DNA of 32,000 bases from Rubeoparvulum massiliense (GTDB lineage Bacteria; Bacillota; Bacilli; Rubeoparvulales; Rubeoparvulaceae). The position numbers and the translations under genes are program-made. The notes under the pieces are model-generated. The model made no database searches, was not told where the DNA came from, and saw nothing but the letters and a program-made list of their open reading frames with translations. The stretch spans positions 672,503 to 704,502 of the forward strand of contig NZ_CVPE01000006.1 in the NCBI RefSeq assembly GCF_001049895.1, in the 5' to 3' direction. Of this stretch, positions 10,281 through 19,453 are shown piece by piece; position 1 is the first letter of the stretch, and the number at the start of each line of letters is the position of its first letter.

Positions 10281-10481
10281 TTATAGTTTAGTTACGTTAG
10301 CAGCTTGAGGTCCGCGTTCACCTTGAACGATTTCAAAGCTTACTCGTTGGCCCTCATCCAGTGTTTTGAAGCCATCACCTTGGATTGCAGAGAAGTGTAC
10401 GAATACATCGTCCCCACCTTCAACAGCGATAAAGCCATAGCCTTTTTCTGCATTAAACCACTTAACGATACCTTCTTGCAT
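10281..10481 (-). CDS. csp: Cold shock protein (CspA family)
   Basis: [33 protein letters not shown]; AGGAGG RBS directly before this ATG, so the track's 10508 start is too long. Confidence 0.95.
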   Translation of the reverse strand: MQEGIVKWFNAEKGYGFIAVEGGDDVFVHFSAIQGDGFKTLDEGQRVSFEIVQGERGPQAANVTKL

Positions 10482-11046
10482 TTTCAATTTCCTCCTAACG
10501 CCTTGCACGTTCGTCGTGCAAAAACCTTGAATTTACTTATCAAACAAGGTGAACTCCATACTGGATTTGAACCCTATCTGACTACGATTAATATACTATG
10601 TTTCATGGGAGAAGTCAAACCCAATGTGATGCAAAGGCATGAAAAATAACCACTATTTTCTTTAGAAATATCTGGCATCATGAACCTTTTTACAACACTT
10701 TGGTTTTGTATATTATGGTTCAAAATCCAACTTTGATCATCTTGCCTTGTCTTGACTCCATCATAAGTTTTCCCCTGAAATAGCATTTCATACGTATATT
10801 AGTCCACCTAAAGATTTCCATATTGATCATCTGAATTTCTCCTAACTCAAACAATATTTTTCTTACATATCTGTTTTATTTTTACTTACGTGAAATGTAT
10901 CACTTATCAGGAATATTAACGTGTTCCTCCATTTTCGAGCATCCAGAATACTCCATATTTCTTCCTAAATAATGGTGAGTGGTAAGGATTACCAACCCTT
11001 AACCAGAAAAACTCATGTTAGAATGCTAGGCAAGGAGGAGATGTAA

Positions 11047-11552
11047 ATGAACAGCAAATTCAAAAAGATGATTCTGGTACTCGTGTTCTTTTTGGAATCC
11101 TGGCCACATTTCCAATGCCTAGTCATGCAGCTACTGCTATACAAAGCAGTAGTACTACAAATCAGCTCATACAATTTGGGCTACGTTATCTAGGAACCCC
11201 CTATGAATTTGGCTCTAATCGTTATACCACCACAACCTTCGATTGCTCTGACTTTGTTCGATACACGTATAAGCAAGTGACAGGTATTGTTTTGCCCATG
11301 GATTCTCGAAAGCAAGCCACCTATGTGAAGCAATATGGCCATGATCTTACGACAAAGTGGACAAAGCTCAAAGTAGGTGACATCATGTTCTTCACTTCAC
11401 CAACCACAGGTAAGGTGTACCATGTAGGACTTTACATGGGAAATGGTAAGGTCCTCCATACCTATTCTTTGAAAAGCGGCGGTGTCCGTATCGACAAAAT
11501 TGATGGCACATGGCTAGAACGACGCTTCTATTTTGGCGGTAGTCTCTTATAA
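11047..11552 (+). pseudogene. NlpC/P60 family cell-wall hydrolase with frameshifted signal peptide
   Basis: Mature domain in 11115..11552 (DCSDFVRYTYKQ, HVGLYMG). ATG 11047 with AAGGAGGAG RBS encodes MNSKFKKMILVLVFF. A T5 run at 11089-11093 needs one extra nt to continue into GILATFPMPSHAATA. Confidence 0.8.
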
Positions 11553-11704
11553 CGATAGCGATTGACTACGACGAATACTCGTCACGAATTAGTGAAGAAG
11601 TAGGTTGATATTAAAAAAGCCTCTCACAAATACAGTGATATGCTCCCCTTGTGGTAGACAGTTGAAATAATAACACTGTTTATCATAAGGAGGAGCTTTA
11701 TTTT

Positions 11705-12616
11705 TTACTTCGCCTCCAGATACTCCTCTAGACAAATTCCTCTTTCTTTGATTTCAGCAGCTACTTCTTTCCCTACGAATCTATAATGCCAAGGCTCGTA
11801 GCCTATTCCAGTAATTTCACTTTTATCAGTAGGATAACGGAGAATAAAGCCGTATTTATAGCTGTTTTCCATAAGCCACTGTTGCTCCGATGTGTTCTCT
11901 TGTGATTGATCAAGATTTTGATTGCTTACAGCAACAATATCAACAGCCAAGCCGAGTTGATGCTCACTGGTGCCTGGTGTTGCTACCCATTTGCCAGCTT
12001 CGATGACAGCATCCTCTTCGGAATAACCTTGAGATTGATAATTCTTAACCTGATTGTTAAATAATCTGGCTTGCTTATCCATTGTGCGATATGAAGAACA
12101 AATGATTGGGGACAAGCCTGCTGCTCTGCAATCATCCATCATCTCCTGTAGATCAGGATAGATTCGCTCATCAACAGATTGACCATTTTTAAGCTGTATT
12201 AGGGTGATATCTAGATCATCGGGAATTGCGTGCCACGGATTGACCAGAACCAAATTCCACCCTTCGGAAGAGGGATTGTTATGATCACTAGTTCTTAATG
12301 TTGGTGTTTTTATCTCAGGATTTGTATTGCTCGTATTCGTATTGCTCGTATTCGTATTGCTCACATTATTATTTCCCGTATTGGTTTGCTCCAAGGTCTT
12401 TTGTTGCTCTTGCGAAGATTCTTCCTGCATCAATGTTAGTACACTTACAATCGCAATGGTACAAAACAGAATACTTATTAAAAGTAGAAGAAGGCTGCTT
12501 TTTTGTCGCCTTGCCTTATGCCCCTGTTTCGAATGCTGCTGTTGCTTTTTTACTGTTTCATTCATGTTTCGATGCCCCATTTTGTAAAGTCTTGTTTGTA
12601 AATCTTGTTTGATCAA
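11705..12616 (-). CDS. M15 family D-alanyl-D-alanine carboxypeptidase (VanY/LdcB-like), membrane anchored
   Basis: CSSYRTMDKQARLF, SEHQLGLAVDI, EPWHYRFVG motifs; N-terminal TM segment. Start codon uncertain. Confidence 0.93.
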   Translation of the reverse strand: MIKQDLQTRLYKMGHRNMNETVKKQQQHSKQGHKARRQKSSLLLLLISILFCTIAIVSVLTLMQEESSQEQQKTLEQTNTGNNNVSNTNTSNTNTSNTNPEIKTPTLRTSDHNNPSSEGWNLVLVNPWHAIPDDLDITLIQLKNGQSVDERIYPDLQEMMDDCRAAGLSPIICSSYRTMDKQARLFNNQVKNYQSQGYSEEDAVIEAGKWVATPGTSEHQLGLAVDIVAVSNQNLDQSQENTSEQQWLMENSYKYGFILRYPTDKSEITGIGYEPWHYRFVGKEVAAEIKERGICLEEYLEAK

Positions 12617-12752
12617 TTATAACATGCTAACGTGCCCCAGCGCTTTTTCTTAAAATTCGGTAAGGTGGGAGATATCCTTCACTCAGTTATGCTCATAGAA
12701 TGTATCATCGTGCATGAATTTGGATAAGGGGCATCGATAAGGAGGCATTGGG

Positions 12753-13127
12753 ATGTTACGTTTGATTTGTAAGGGGAAAATTCATCTTGGAACGGTAACA
12801 ACAGCAAAGTTAGATTATGAAGGCAGTATTGCCATTGATTCATCATTGATGGAGCGTATCAATCTCCTTCCATTTGAAATGGTGCAGGTGACCAATCTTT
12901 CCAATGCAGTACGTTGGGAAACATATGCCATTCCTGCACCAGCAGGCTCCTGTGAAATCAGTTTAAACGGCCCGCCTGCCCGTCTTTTTCAGCCCGGAGA
13001 TCGCGTAATCATTCTTAGTATGGCTTACGTAGATGAAGCCGAACTTCCAACGATTCAACCCAAGGTACTCATATTAGACGAGCAAAATCGAATCCTCGAT
13101 CAGCAAGAGCATATCATCCTTAGATAA
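12753..13127 (+). CDS. panD: Aspartate 1-decarboxylase precursor
   Basis: MLRLICKGKIHLGTVTTAKLDYEGSIAIDSSLM with the autocleavage Gly-Ser (EGS), then LNGPPARLFQPGDRVIILSY-like core. Confidence 0.92.
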   Translation: MLRLICKGKIHLGTVTTAKLDYEGSIAIDSSLMERINLLPFEMVQVTNLSNAVRWETYAIPAPAGSCEISLNGPPARLFQPGDRVIILSMAYVDEAELPTIQPKVLILDEQNRILDQQEHIILR

Positions 13128-13143
13128 GGAGGAAACACCACCA

Positions 13144-13896
13144 TTGGCAGATGCAATGAAATGGGAAAAGCATCAAATCCTGCAACGAAATTCGCTGCTT
13201 AAAGCAGCCTTGCCACCTACCGAACTCCTCACGCATAAAAGCCTCACCCATTGGCTTAATCAATACGGAGTCGTGATGCTCAAGCCTTCAAGCGGTAGTG
13301 GCGGAGTAGGGATCATCAAAATCTCTTCATTGGGTAATGAACGGTATCAAGTCCACTATGGCCAACTCATACAAAGGTTTCGAAAGAAAAGTGAGCTAGC
13401 GAATTTTATTAAAGCAAGGACTCGCGGACGTACCTATCTGATTCAACGCTATATCCCACTGATTCAAATTGAAAATCGTCCTATGGATATCAGGGTCATG
13501 GTACAGCGCAATCTTCAAGAAATGGGTTCTTGGCATGTAACGGGCAAAGCAGTGAAGATTGCTGGAACAGGCTATGTTGTTACCAATGTCCACCGTAGCA
13601 AAGGAACAGTCCTTTCTCTGGAAGAAGCATTCCAACGCATACAATTGGAAGCTAATTTTACGATGGTCGAGATTCACCAACATTTAGATGAAATTGCACT
13701 CCAAACAGCAAAACAGCTACAAGCCTATTGCCCACGAACTCATAGTATTGGGCTAGATCTGGCTATCGATGGTGATGGGAGGGTTTGGATTATCGAGGCC
13801 AATCTTCGTCCAATGATCGGAATGTTTAAACACCTTCCTGATCAAAAAATCTATGAGCAGATCCGTCACCTTCGCTATCAGCATGAATCCAGTTGA
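13144..13896 (+). CDS. YheC/YheD family ATP-grasp protein (spore coat associated family)
   Basis: KPSSGSGGVGIIKI, YLIQRYIPL, DIRVMVQ, DLAIDGDGRVWIIEAN; TTG start. Confidence 0.85.
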   Translation: MADAMKWEKHQILQRNSLLKAALPPTELLTHKSLTHWLNQYGVVMLKPSSGSGGVGIIKISSLGNERYQVHYGQLIQRFRKKSELANFIKARTRGRTYLIQRYIPLIQIENRPMDIRVMVQRNLQEMGSWHVTGKAVKIAGTGYVVTNVHRSKGTVLSLEEAFQRIQLEANFTMVEIHQHLDEIALQTAKQLQAYCPRTHSIGLDLAIDGDGRVWIIEANLRPMIGMFKHLPDQKIYEQIRHLRYQHESS

Positions 13897-13961
13897 GTGC
13901 TCTCGATAGAATAATAACACCCTGAGCTCCATTGAGATGGAATAAGAAAAGGCCAATAGAA

Positions 13962-14008
13962 AGGGGCGTTTCCATCGATCAGATGAACTGATCATGGGAA
14001 CGCCCCTC
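13962..14008. terminator. Long bidirectional terminator-like hairpin
   Basis: AGGGGCGTTTCCATCGATCAG...CTGATCATGGGAACGCCCCT near-perfect 20 bp stem. Confidence 0.7.
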
Positions 14009-14105
14009 TTGTTTAACGAATTGTACATTAATTACCGTCTTTGCGATATTCCTGAGTCTCTGCGAGATTCGCGATCTTTATTATCCTTGCAATAATGACG
14101 ATGAC

Positions 14106-16604
14106 TTAGCATCTTGAATAGCCACAATTAGCGCAGTGCTTACAACCTTCTTCATTGATGAGGGATGCGGAGCCGCACTCTGGACAGAGGTCGAAGCTTT
14201 CTGGTAGGTCATCATCCAGATCTAAAAATTCATCATGCTCTGCTGGCTGGAGGGTAGCTGTCTCTTCTTCATATGCATGATTATGCCTCATCTCCTCTTC
14301 ACCGCCATGGATATGGAATTCTAACGCCTTCGCCACTGCATCAGCCACAGATTCAACACGATTAGGACCAAAGCCTACAGCGCCTGAGCCACCAATTCCC
14401 TTAAGGTGCTTAATCAGAAGATGAGACTTATTACCATTAGGCAGTTCACCAAAGCGAAGGAAGAGCGTGGAAACCCGTCCAAGGGCCTCTGCCATGGCAA
14501 ATACGTCACTACCAGCCTTTCCAACATTGACGATTACTTCAAAGGGCTTGCCTTCAACATCATTGATGGTGATATAGGCTTTCCCCAATGGCGTTACCAT
14601 CTTATAGGTAGCACCCTGGAGCACTTTAGGACGACGGCGGTACTCTTTCCCATTCTCCTCTTGCTTCACTTCCTGTTTCTTCTCATCCTTGGTATCCTTA
14701 CTGGTCAATAATACTTGTTCGTCACGGCTACCATCACGATAGATGGTTACACCCTTACAGCCGAGATCATAGGCATATTCATAGAGTGCTTTTGTTTCTT
14801 CCACGGTAAAATCAGCAGGTGCATTGGCTGTTTTACTAATGGAGGAATCCACCCAACGTTGAATCGATGCTTGGACGCGAATATGATCATCCGCAGAGAG
14901 ATCCATGGCAGTAACGAAGTAATCGGGTACCTCCTCATCAGGATGCTCATCCAGCCAATTTTTCATGATGGGCACATACTGCTTGTCCAAGCCAAGACGG
15001 CTTTGGCGGAAATATTCGAAGGCGTAGTAAGGTTCAATCCCTGTTGAAGTACCAACCATCGTCCCGGTGGAACCTGTTGGTGCTTGGGTTAACAAGGTTA
15101 CATTACGGATTCCCTTCGTACGAATGGCTTCATGCACTTCTGCATCCATCCCTTGTATGAATCCACTTTGTAAATATTTATCCACGTCAAAAGCCTTAAA
15201 AGAGCCCTTCTCTTCAGCAATCTCTGTAGAGGCAAGGTAGGCTTCCTTCGCAATGAAACCATAGAGCTTATCAAGAAACTCTAAGGATTCTGGACTTCCA
15301 TAGCGGATCTTCAATTGGATTAGCATTTCGGCAAGGCCCATACTCCCAAGACCAACACGACGCTCATTCATTTGATTCTTATAATTCTCTTCAAAATGGT
15401 AAGGGGTAGCATCGATGACATTATCCAAGAAGCGGACAGATAGGCGTACCACTTCTCCAAGCTTGTCCCACTCTACCTCGCCATCCTTGACGAATTTGGC
15501 TAAATTTATGGAAGAAAGATTGCAGACACCCCAAGCAGGTAAGCCTTGCTCTGCACAGGGATTGGTGGAGATGATGGGATTAAAATACCAGCTATTGGAC
15601 ATTTTATTGTAGTATTCAAGGAAAACAACACCAGGCTCGGCTGATTTCCAGGCTGATTCAATAATCTGATGCCAGATATGGCGGGCTTTCACGGTTTTAT
15701 AAACGACGACCTTTTTGCCTTGTTCCTTCCATTTATTGAGGTCGCCATCCCAGAGCTCATCATATTCAGGATCAGAGGTGTCGGGGAAGAGAAGATCCCA
15801 TTCCTGATCCTCCTTCACTGCTTGCATGAAGGCATCACTGATGGCAACGGAAAGGTTGGCATTGGTGATCTGTGTATTATCTTGTTTTACCCGGATGAAT
15901 TCTAGTAGATCAGGGTGCCAGTCATTCAACATCAACATCAAGGCACCGCGACGAGAGCCACCTTGCTCGATTAAACCGGTGGTATAACTAAAGAGTCCTC
16001 CCCAAGAGACTGAACCGCTTGAGGAACCATTCACACCTCGTACAAGGGAACGGCGTGGACGTAATGAGCTTAGGTTAATTCCTACACCACCGCCACGGGA
16101 CATAATCTCTGTCATTTCAGAAAGTGTGGCCATAATTCCACCACGGCTATCCTTCGGTGAAGGGATGACATAACAGTTAAAGAGTGTCAATTCATCACTA
16201 GCTCCTGCACCTGCAGCAATACGGCCGCCAGGAACCAACTTCCAATCTTCTAGCAGATAGCGGAACTTCTCGGTCCACTCTTCCTGCTTCTCTGGCTTCT
16301 CCACTGCAGCAATGGCACGAGCCAAACGATCCCACATTTGAACTGGATTGGTCTCTAATGGCTTCATACAATGCTCTTTCTTCACCTTGATCACTTCACC
16401 ACTCCGTAATTGAACATGAACAAAGCCCTCTTCTTTATCGAGAATCTCTCCAACTTCTTTCTTTGGAAATTTGGGGTCGTCCTTGGTTAAAGCAATGACC
16501 GTATCCCCTACATGTAGATTCTCTGCGTCCAAATCCTTCATGGCATAACGATCCAAAAAGATCTTTTCACTAAGACCTTCCAACTGGTACTTCGCTGCGT
16601 CCAT
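14106..16604 (-). CDS. nrdJ: Adenosylcobalamin-dependent (class II) ribonucleoside-diphosphate reductase
   Basis: NPCAEQGLP, TGTMVGTSTGIEP, LAPTGS-like loops and C-terminal CPECG..CKHCANCGYSRC. GGAGGTG RBS just before Met at 16604 supports this start rather than 16706. Confidence 0.95.
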   Translation of the reverse strand: MDAAKYQLEGLSEKIFLDRYAMKDLDAENLHVGDTVIALTKDDPKFPKKEVGEILDKEEGFVHVQLRSGEVIKVKKEHCMKPLETNPVQMWDRLARAIAAVEKPEKQEEWTEKFRYLLEDWKLVPGGRIAAGAGASDELTLFNCYVIPSPKDSRGGIMATLSEMTEIMSRGGGVGINLSSLRPRRSLVRGVNGSSSGSVSWGGLFSYTTGLIEQGGSRRGALMLMLNDWHPDLLEFIRVKQDNTQITNANLSVAISDAFMQAVKEDQEWDLLFPDTSDPEYDELWDGDLNKWKEQGKKVVVYKTVKARHIWHQIIESAWKSAEPGVVFLEYYNKMSNSWYFNPIISTNPCAEQGLPAWGVCNLSSINLAKFVKDGEVEWDKLGEVVRLSVRFLDNVIDATPYHFEENYKNQMNERRVGLGSMGLAEMLIQLKIRYGSPESLEFLDKLYGFIAKEAYLASTEIAEEKGSFKAFDVDKYLQSGFIQGMDAEVHEAIRTKGIRNVTLLTQAPTGSTGTMVGTSTGIEPYYAFEYFRQSRLGLDKQYVPIMKNWLDEHPDEEVPDYFVTAMDLSADDHIRVQASIQRWVDSSISKTANAPADFTVEETKALYEYAYDLGCKGVTIYRDGSRDEQVLLTSKDTKDEKKQEVKQEENGKEYRRRPKVLQGATYKMVTPLGKAYITINDVEGKPFEVIVNVGKAGSDVFAMAEALGRVSTLFLRFGELPNGNKSHLLIKHLKGIGGSGAVGFGPNRVESVADAVAKALEFHIHGGEEEMRHNHAYEEETATLQPAEHDEFLDLDDDLPESFDLCPECGSASLINEEGCKHCANCGYSRC

Positions 16605-16725
16605 CTTGACACCTCCACCAATTCTTCCAGGCAGAATAATCACTTGATGATCTCGAAAAATATCAAAATATGTACCTGGACATGCTTTTAAAGTCTTATT
16701 CACCATACCATATTTTCGTGAAAAA

Positions 16726-16741
16726 AATCAATATATTGTGT
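16726..16741. promoter_or_regulatory. NrdR box 1 (ACACAATATATTGATT on minus strand)
   Basis: 14/16 match to acaCwAtATaTwGtgt. Confidence 0.8.
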
Positions 16742-16756
16742 GGTAAATTTTCTTCG

Positions 16757-16772
16757 TTTCTAGATATTGTTT
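16757..16772. promoter_or_regulatory. NrdR box 2 (TTTCTAGATATTGTTT)
   Basis: 9/10 core match to CwAtATaTwG, exactly 31 bp from box 1. Confidence 0.65.
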
Positions 16773-16841
16773 TTGACGAGATATTGTCAAGAAACTTTCG
16801 ACCTATTTTTTTGTGAAATTAGGTCTAAGTGTACAAAGAAA

Positions 16842-16866
16842 AAAGCGCCAACTTAATTGGCGCTTT
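16842..16866 (-). terminator. Rho-independent terminator of metal ABC importer operon; contains the stop codon in its loop
   Basis: AAAGCGCCAActtaaTTGGCGCTTT, followed by T-run on minus strand. Confidence 0.85.
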
Positions 16867-17734
16867 CACGTATACGTTTCCGTAGTAAATAGCGAATAAA
16901 GATCCCTTGGTTCGGTGAAAAACAAAAGCTGAAGATGAAGAGAAGAGCAGCAGATACGCTCATCATTCCTGCGATGCTCACATCAAACAAAGCAGCTAAC
17001 CAATAACCTGAGACTGCAGATAATACACCGAAGAACACACTCAATACGAGCATCCTATGAAAACGATTGGTCCATAGGTAGGCGATGGCCCCAGGAACAA
17101 TCAACATAGCAACGACGAGGATCGCCCCTACACTCTCAAAGGCAGCCACCGTATTGAGGGAGACTAAACCCATGGCTAGATAATGAAAGAAAAGTACGGG
17201 AATCCCTAGAGAACTTGCCAGTAATGGATCGAATGAGGTGATCTTCAACTCCTTATAAAATAGGAAGATTAGAAATAGGGTAATGAGAAACACGCTTCCC
17301 ATGACCCAAACCGCCTTCGGTAATGTAATCCCTCCTAAAGTGATAAGATAGTAAGGTTCATAGGCAATCTCGCCATAGAGAACATGCTGTAAATCAAGAT
17401 GAACACTATCGGCAAAGAGCGATAGCAGAACCACTCCCATGGCAAAGAGAGCTGTAAAGCTAATTCCAATAGCCGCTTCCGTTTGGATCCCGAGATGCTC
17501 CATCCCTTGAATAAAGATGGTTGCAAGCAAGCCAAATACTGCTGCTCCCAACACCATCACTGGTGTAGACATGCTATTACTAAAGAGAAAGGCGATGACA
17601 ATCCCTGGTAAGACCGCATGGCTGATGGCATCACCAACCATGGAGAGCTTCCGCAAGACCATCAGACTCCCGATCAATCCACAGGAGCCGGCTACGAGAG
17701 AACCAATCAAAATCACCCAAAGATCATGACTCAA
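16853..17734 (-). CDS. Metal ABC transporter permease (ZnuB/MntD family)
   Basis: Multi-TM ABC-3 family protein (LVGSCGLIGSLMVLRKLSMVGDAISHAVLPG). Confidence 0.9.
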   Translation of the reverse strand: MSHDLWVILIGSLVAGSCGLIGSLMVLRKLSMVGDAISHAVLPGIVIAFLFSNSMSTPVMVLGAAVFGLLATIFIQGMEHLGIQTEAAIGISFTALFAMGVVLLSLFADSVHLDLQHVLYGEIAYEPYYLITLGGITLPKAVWVMGSVFLITLFLIFLFYKELKITSFDPLLASSLGIPVLFFHYLAMGLVSLNTVAAFESVGAILVVAMLIVPGAIAYLWTNRFHRMLVLSVFFGVLSAVSGYWLAALFDVSIAGMMSVSAALLFIFSFCFSPNQGIFIRYLLRKRIRESAN

Positions 17735-18668
17735 TCATCCTCGCCTCCTTCCTTTCCATCCGTTCTTCCACATAGGCCTGCTTAATCCGTAGTTTACGTA
17801 GCTTTTCCATCAAGAGGCCTCGTTGTGGGGCGAAGAGCAGACTGATGACAAAAATACCGACTGCCATTAATACAATCACAGGCCCCGTGGGCATCCGTGG
17901 TGTCAATGCACTTAGAAAAGTACCCAATAAACCAGAGAGACCACCAAAAAGTCCAGCTAAGATGACCATCACATCCAAACGTTCTGTCCAGTAACGAGCG
18001 GCCACAGCAGGAATGATGAGAAGAGCTGACATGAGGACCACCCCTACAGCTTGAAGGCCAATCACCACCGTCAAAACGATGAGCCACATCATCATCTGCT
18101 CAATCAAGACCACAGGATAGCCTAATCCGGTGGCAAACTCTCGATCAAAGCTAATCACCTTCAGTTCTTTAAAGAAAAGAAATGTAAGGGTGATGACAAA
18201 GAGAGCGATACTACCCATCCACATCACATCCTCTTTAACCAAGGATGCCGCCTTACCAAAGAGAAATGCATCTAAACCGCTCTGATTTCCTGATCCAGAG
18301 TGAGCCACCCGTGTTAAGAGCACAATTCCCAAGCCATAAAAGGAGGTCAACACAATCCCTAGAGCTGCATCTTGCTTAATCCGTGAGTATTTCGTGATGA
18401 TTGTAATACAAGTTGAGCTTAACCATGCAGCAACAGCAGCGCCTAGCAAGAGCCATCCTAAGCTCTTACTCCCAGTTAGCATAAAGGCGATGACGATCCC
18501 AGGCAGTGTGGCATGGGCCATCACATCACCGATTAATGAATAACGTCGGAGATAAGCAAAGCTTCCCATTACGCCACTGCTAATTCCAAGCAAGAGACAA
18601 GCCATCATCACCCATTGAAAATTGGGCTGTTGAATCAAGTGAATCCATGTGTCCCACATCCTGCTCAC
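17724..18668 (-). CDS. Metal ABC transporter permease (ABC-3 family)
   Basis: Multi-TM ABC-3 protein; overlaps neighbours as in an operon. Confidence 0.9.
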   Translation of the reverse strand: MSRMWDTWIHLIQQPNFQWVMMACLLLGISSGVMGSFAYLRRYSLIGDVMAHATLPGIVIAFMLTGSKSLGWLLLGAAVAAWLSSTCITIITKYSRIKQDAALGIVLTSFYGLGIVLLTRVAHSGSGNQSGLDAFLFGKAASLVKEDVMWMGSIALFVITLTFLFFKELKVISFDREFATGLGYPVVLIEQMMMWLIVLTVVIGLQAVGVVLMSALLIIPAVAARYWTERLDVMVILAGLFGGLSGLLGTFLSALTPRMPTGPVIVLMAVGIFVISLLFAPQRGLLMEKLRKLRIKQAYVEERMERKEARMIES

Positions 18669-19435
18669 CTCCCCTGTAAGATGGCCATTTCGCCCATCTC
18701 ACTTAGCTGAGTAAGACGTCCTCCATAGGTATGCTGCAAGCGGTCCATCGTAAAGACTTCTTCTGTTGGACCAATGGCAATAAGGCACTTATTCAAGAGT
18801 ATAACCCAATCAAAATAATCCTGAACCGTTTGGAGATCATGATGGACCACAATCACCGTCTTACCCTCTTGTTTTAAATGAGTTAACAAAGTAATAATGG
18901 CCTTCTCGGTAGCTGCATCCACGCCGACAAATGGTTCATCCATAAAGTAGAGCTGCGCATTCTGTGCCAAAGCCCGTGCTAAAAAGACCCGTTGTTGTTG
19001 CCCACCTGATAGCTGACTGATTTGCCGATTGGCAAACGGCGCCATCCCAACTTTCTCTAGCATCGCATAGGCCAGCGCCTTGTCTTCCTTCTTGACACGG
19101 CGCATCATCCCGATCTGACCGTAGCGCCCCATCACCACCACATCTAGTGCTGTGGTAGGAAAATCCCAATCCACCGAACCTCGTTGCGGGACATATCCCA
19201 CCAGCTTCCGTTGCTGACGCAATGGTTTACCAGCGATCTTCACCTCACCTGAAAGCGTAGGAATAAACTCTAAAATTCCTTTAATCAAGGTGGACTTTCC
19301 TGCACCATTGGGTCCTATAATACCTACCAATTTACCTGGAGGAATCTGAAAGCTCACCTCCTCCACCACCCGCTGTTTATGATAAGCAATGCTCATATCC
19401 AGCACGTCCAAGATCGGTTCCTTGCTTGATTCCAT
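18665..19435 (-). CDS. Metal ABC transporter ATP-binding protein
   Basis: Walker A GPNGAGKST, LSGGQQQRVFLARAL, Walker B LYFMDEPF. Confidence 0.95.
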   Translation of the reverse strand: MESSKEPILDVLDMSIAYHKQRVVEEVSFQIPPGKLVGIIGPNGAGKSTLIKGILEFIPTLSGEVKIAGKPLRQQRKLVGYVPQRGSVDWDFPTTALDVVVMGRYGQIGMMRRVKKEDKALAYAMLEKVGMAPFANRQISQLSGGQQQRVFLARALAQNAQLYFMDEPFVGVDAATEKAIITLLTHLKQEGKTVIVVHHDLQTVQDYFDWVILLNKCLIAIGPTEEVFTMDRLQHTYGGRLTQLSEMGEMAILQGR

Positions 19436-19453
19436 CTACTTCACCTCTCCTTC

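Noticed and set aside
10305-10649. Plus-strand ORF of 114 aa opposite csp
   Set aside because: Antisense to a strongly supported cold shock gene, with no RBS or domain.
14715-15047. Plus-strand ORFs opposite nrdJ
   Set aside because: Antisense to a confidently identified reductase with no independent support.
16774-16789. Third NrdR-like box (GAGATATTGT)
   Set aside because: Only about 8/10 in the core and spaced 17 bp from box 2, not the 31-32 bp phasing; it overlaps the candidate -35.
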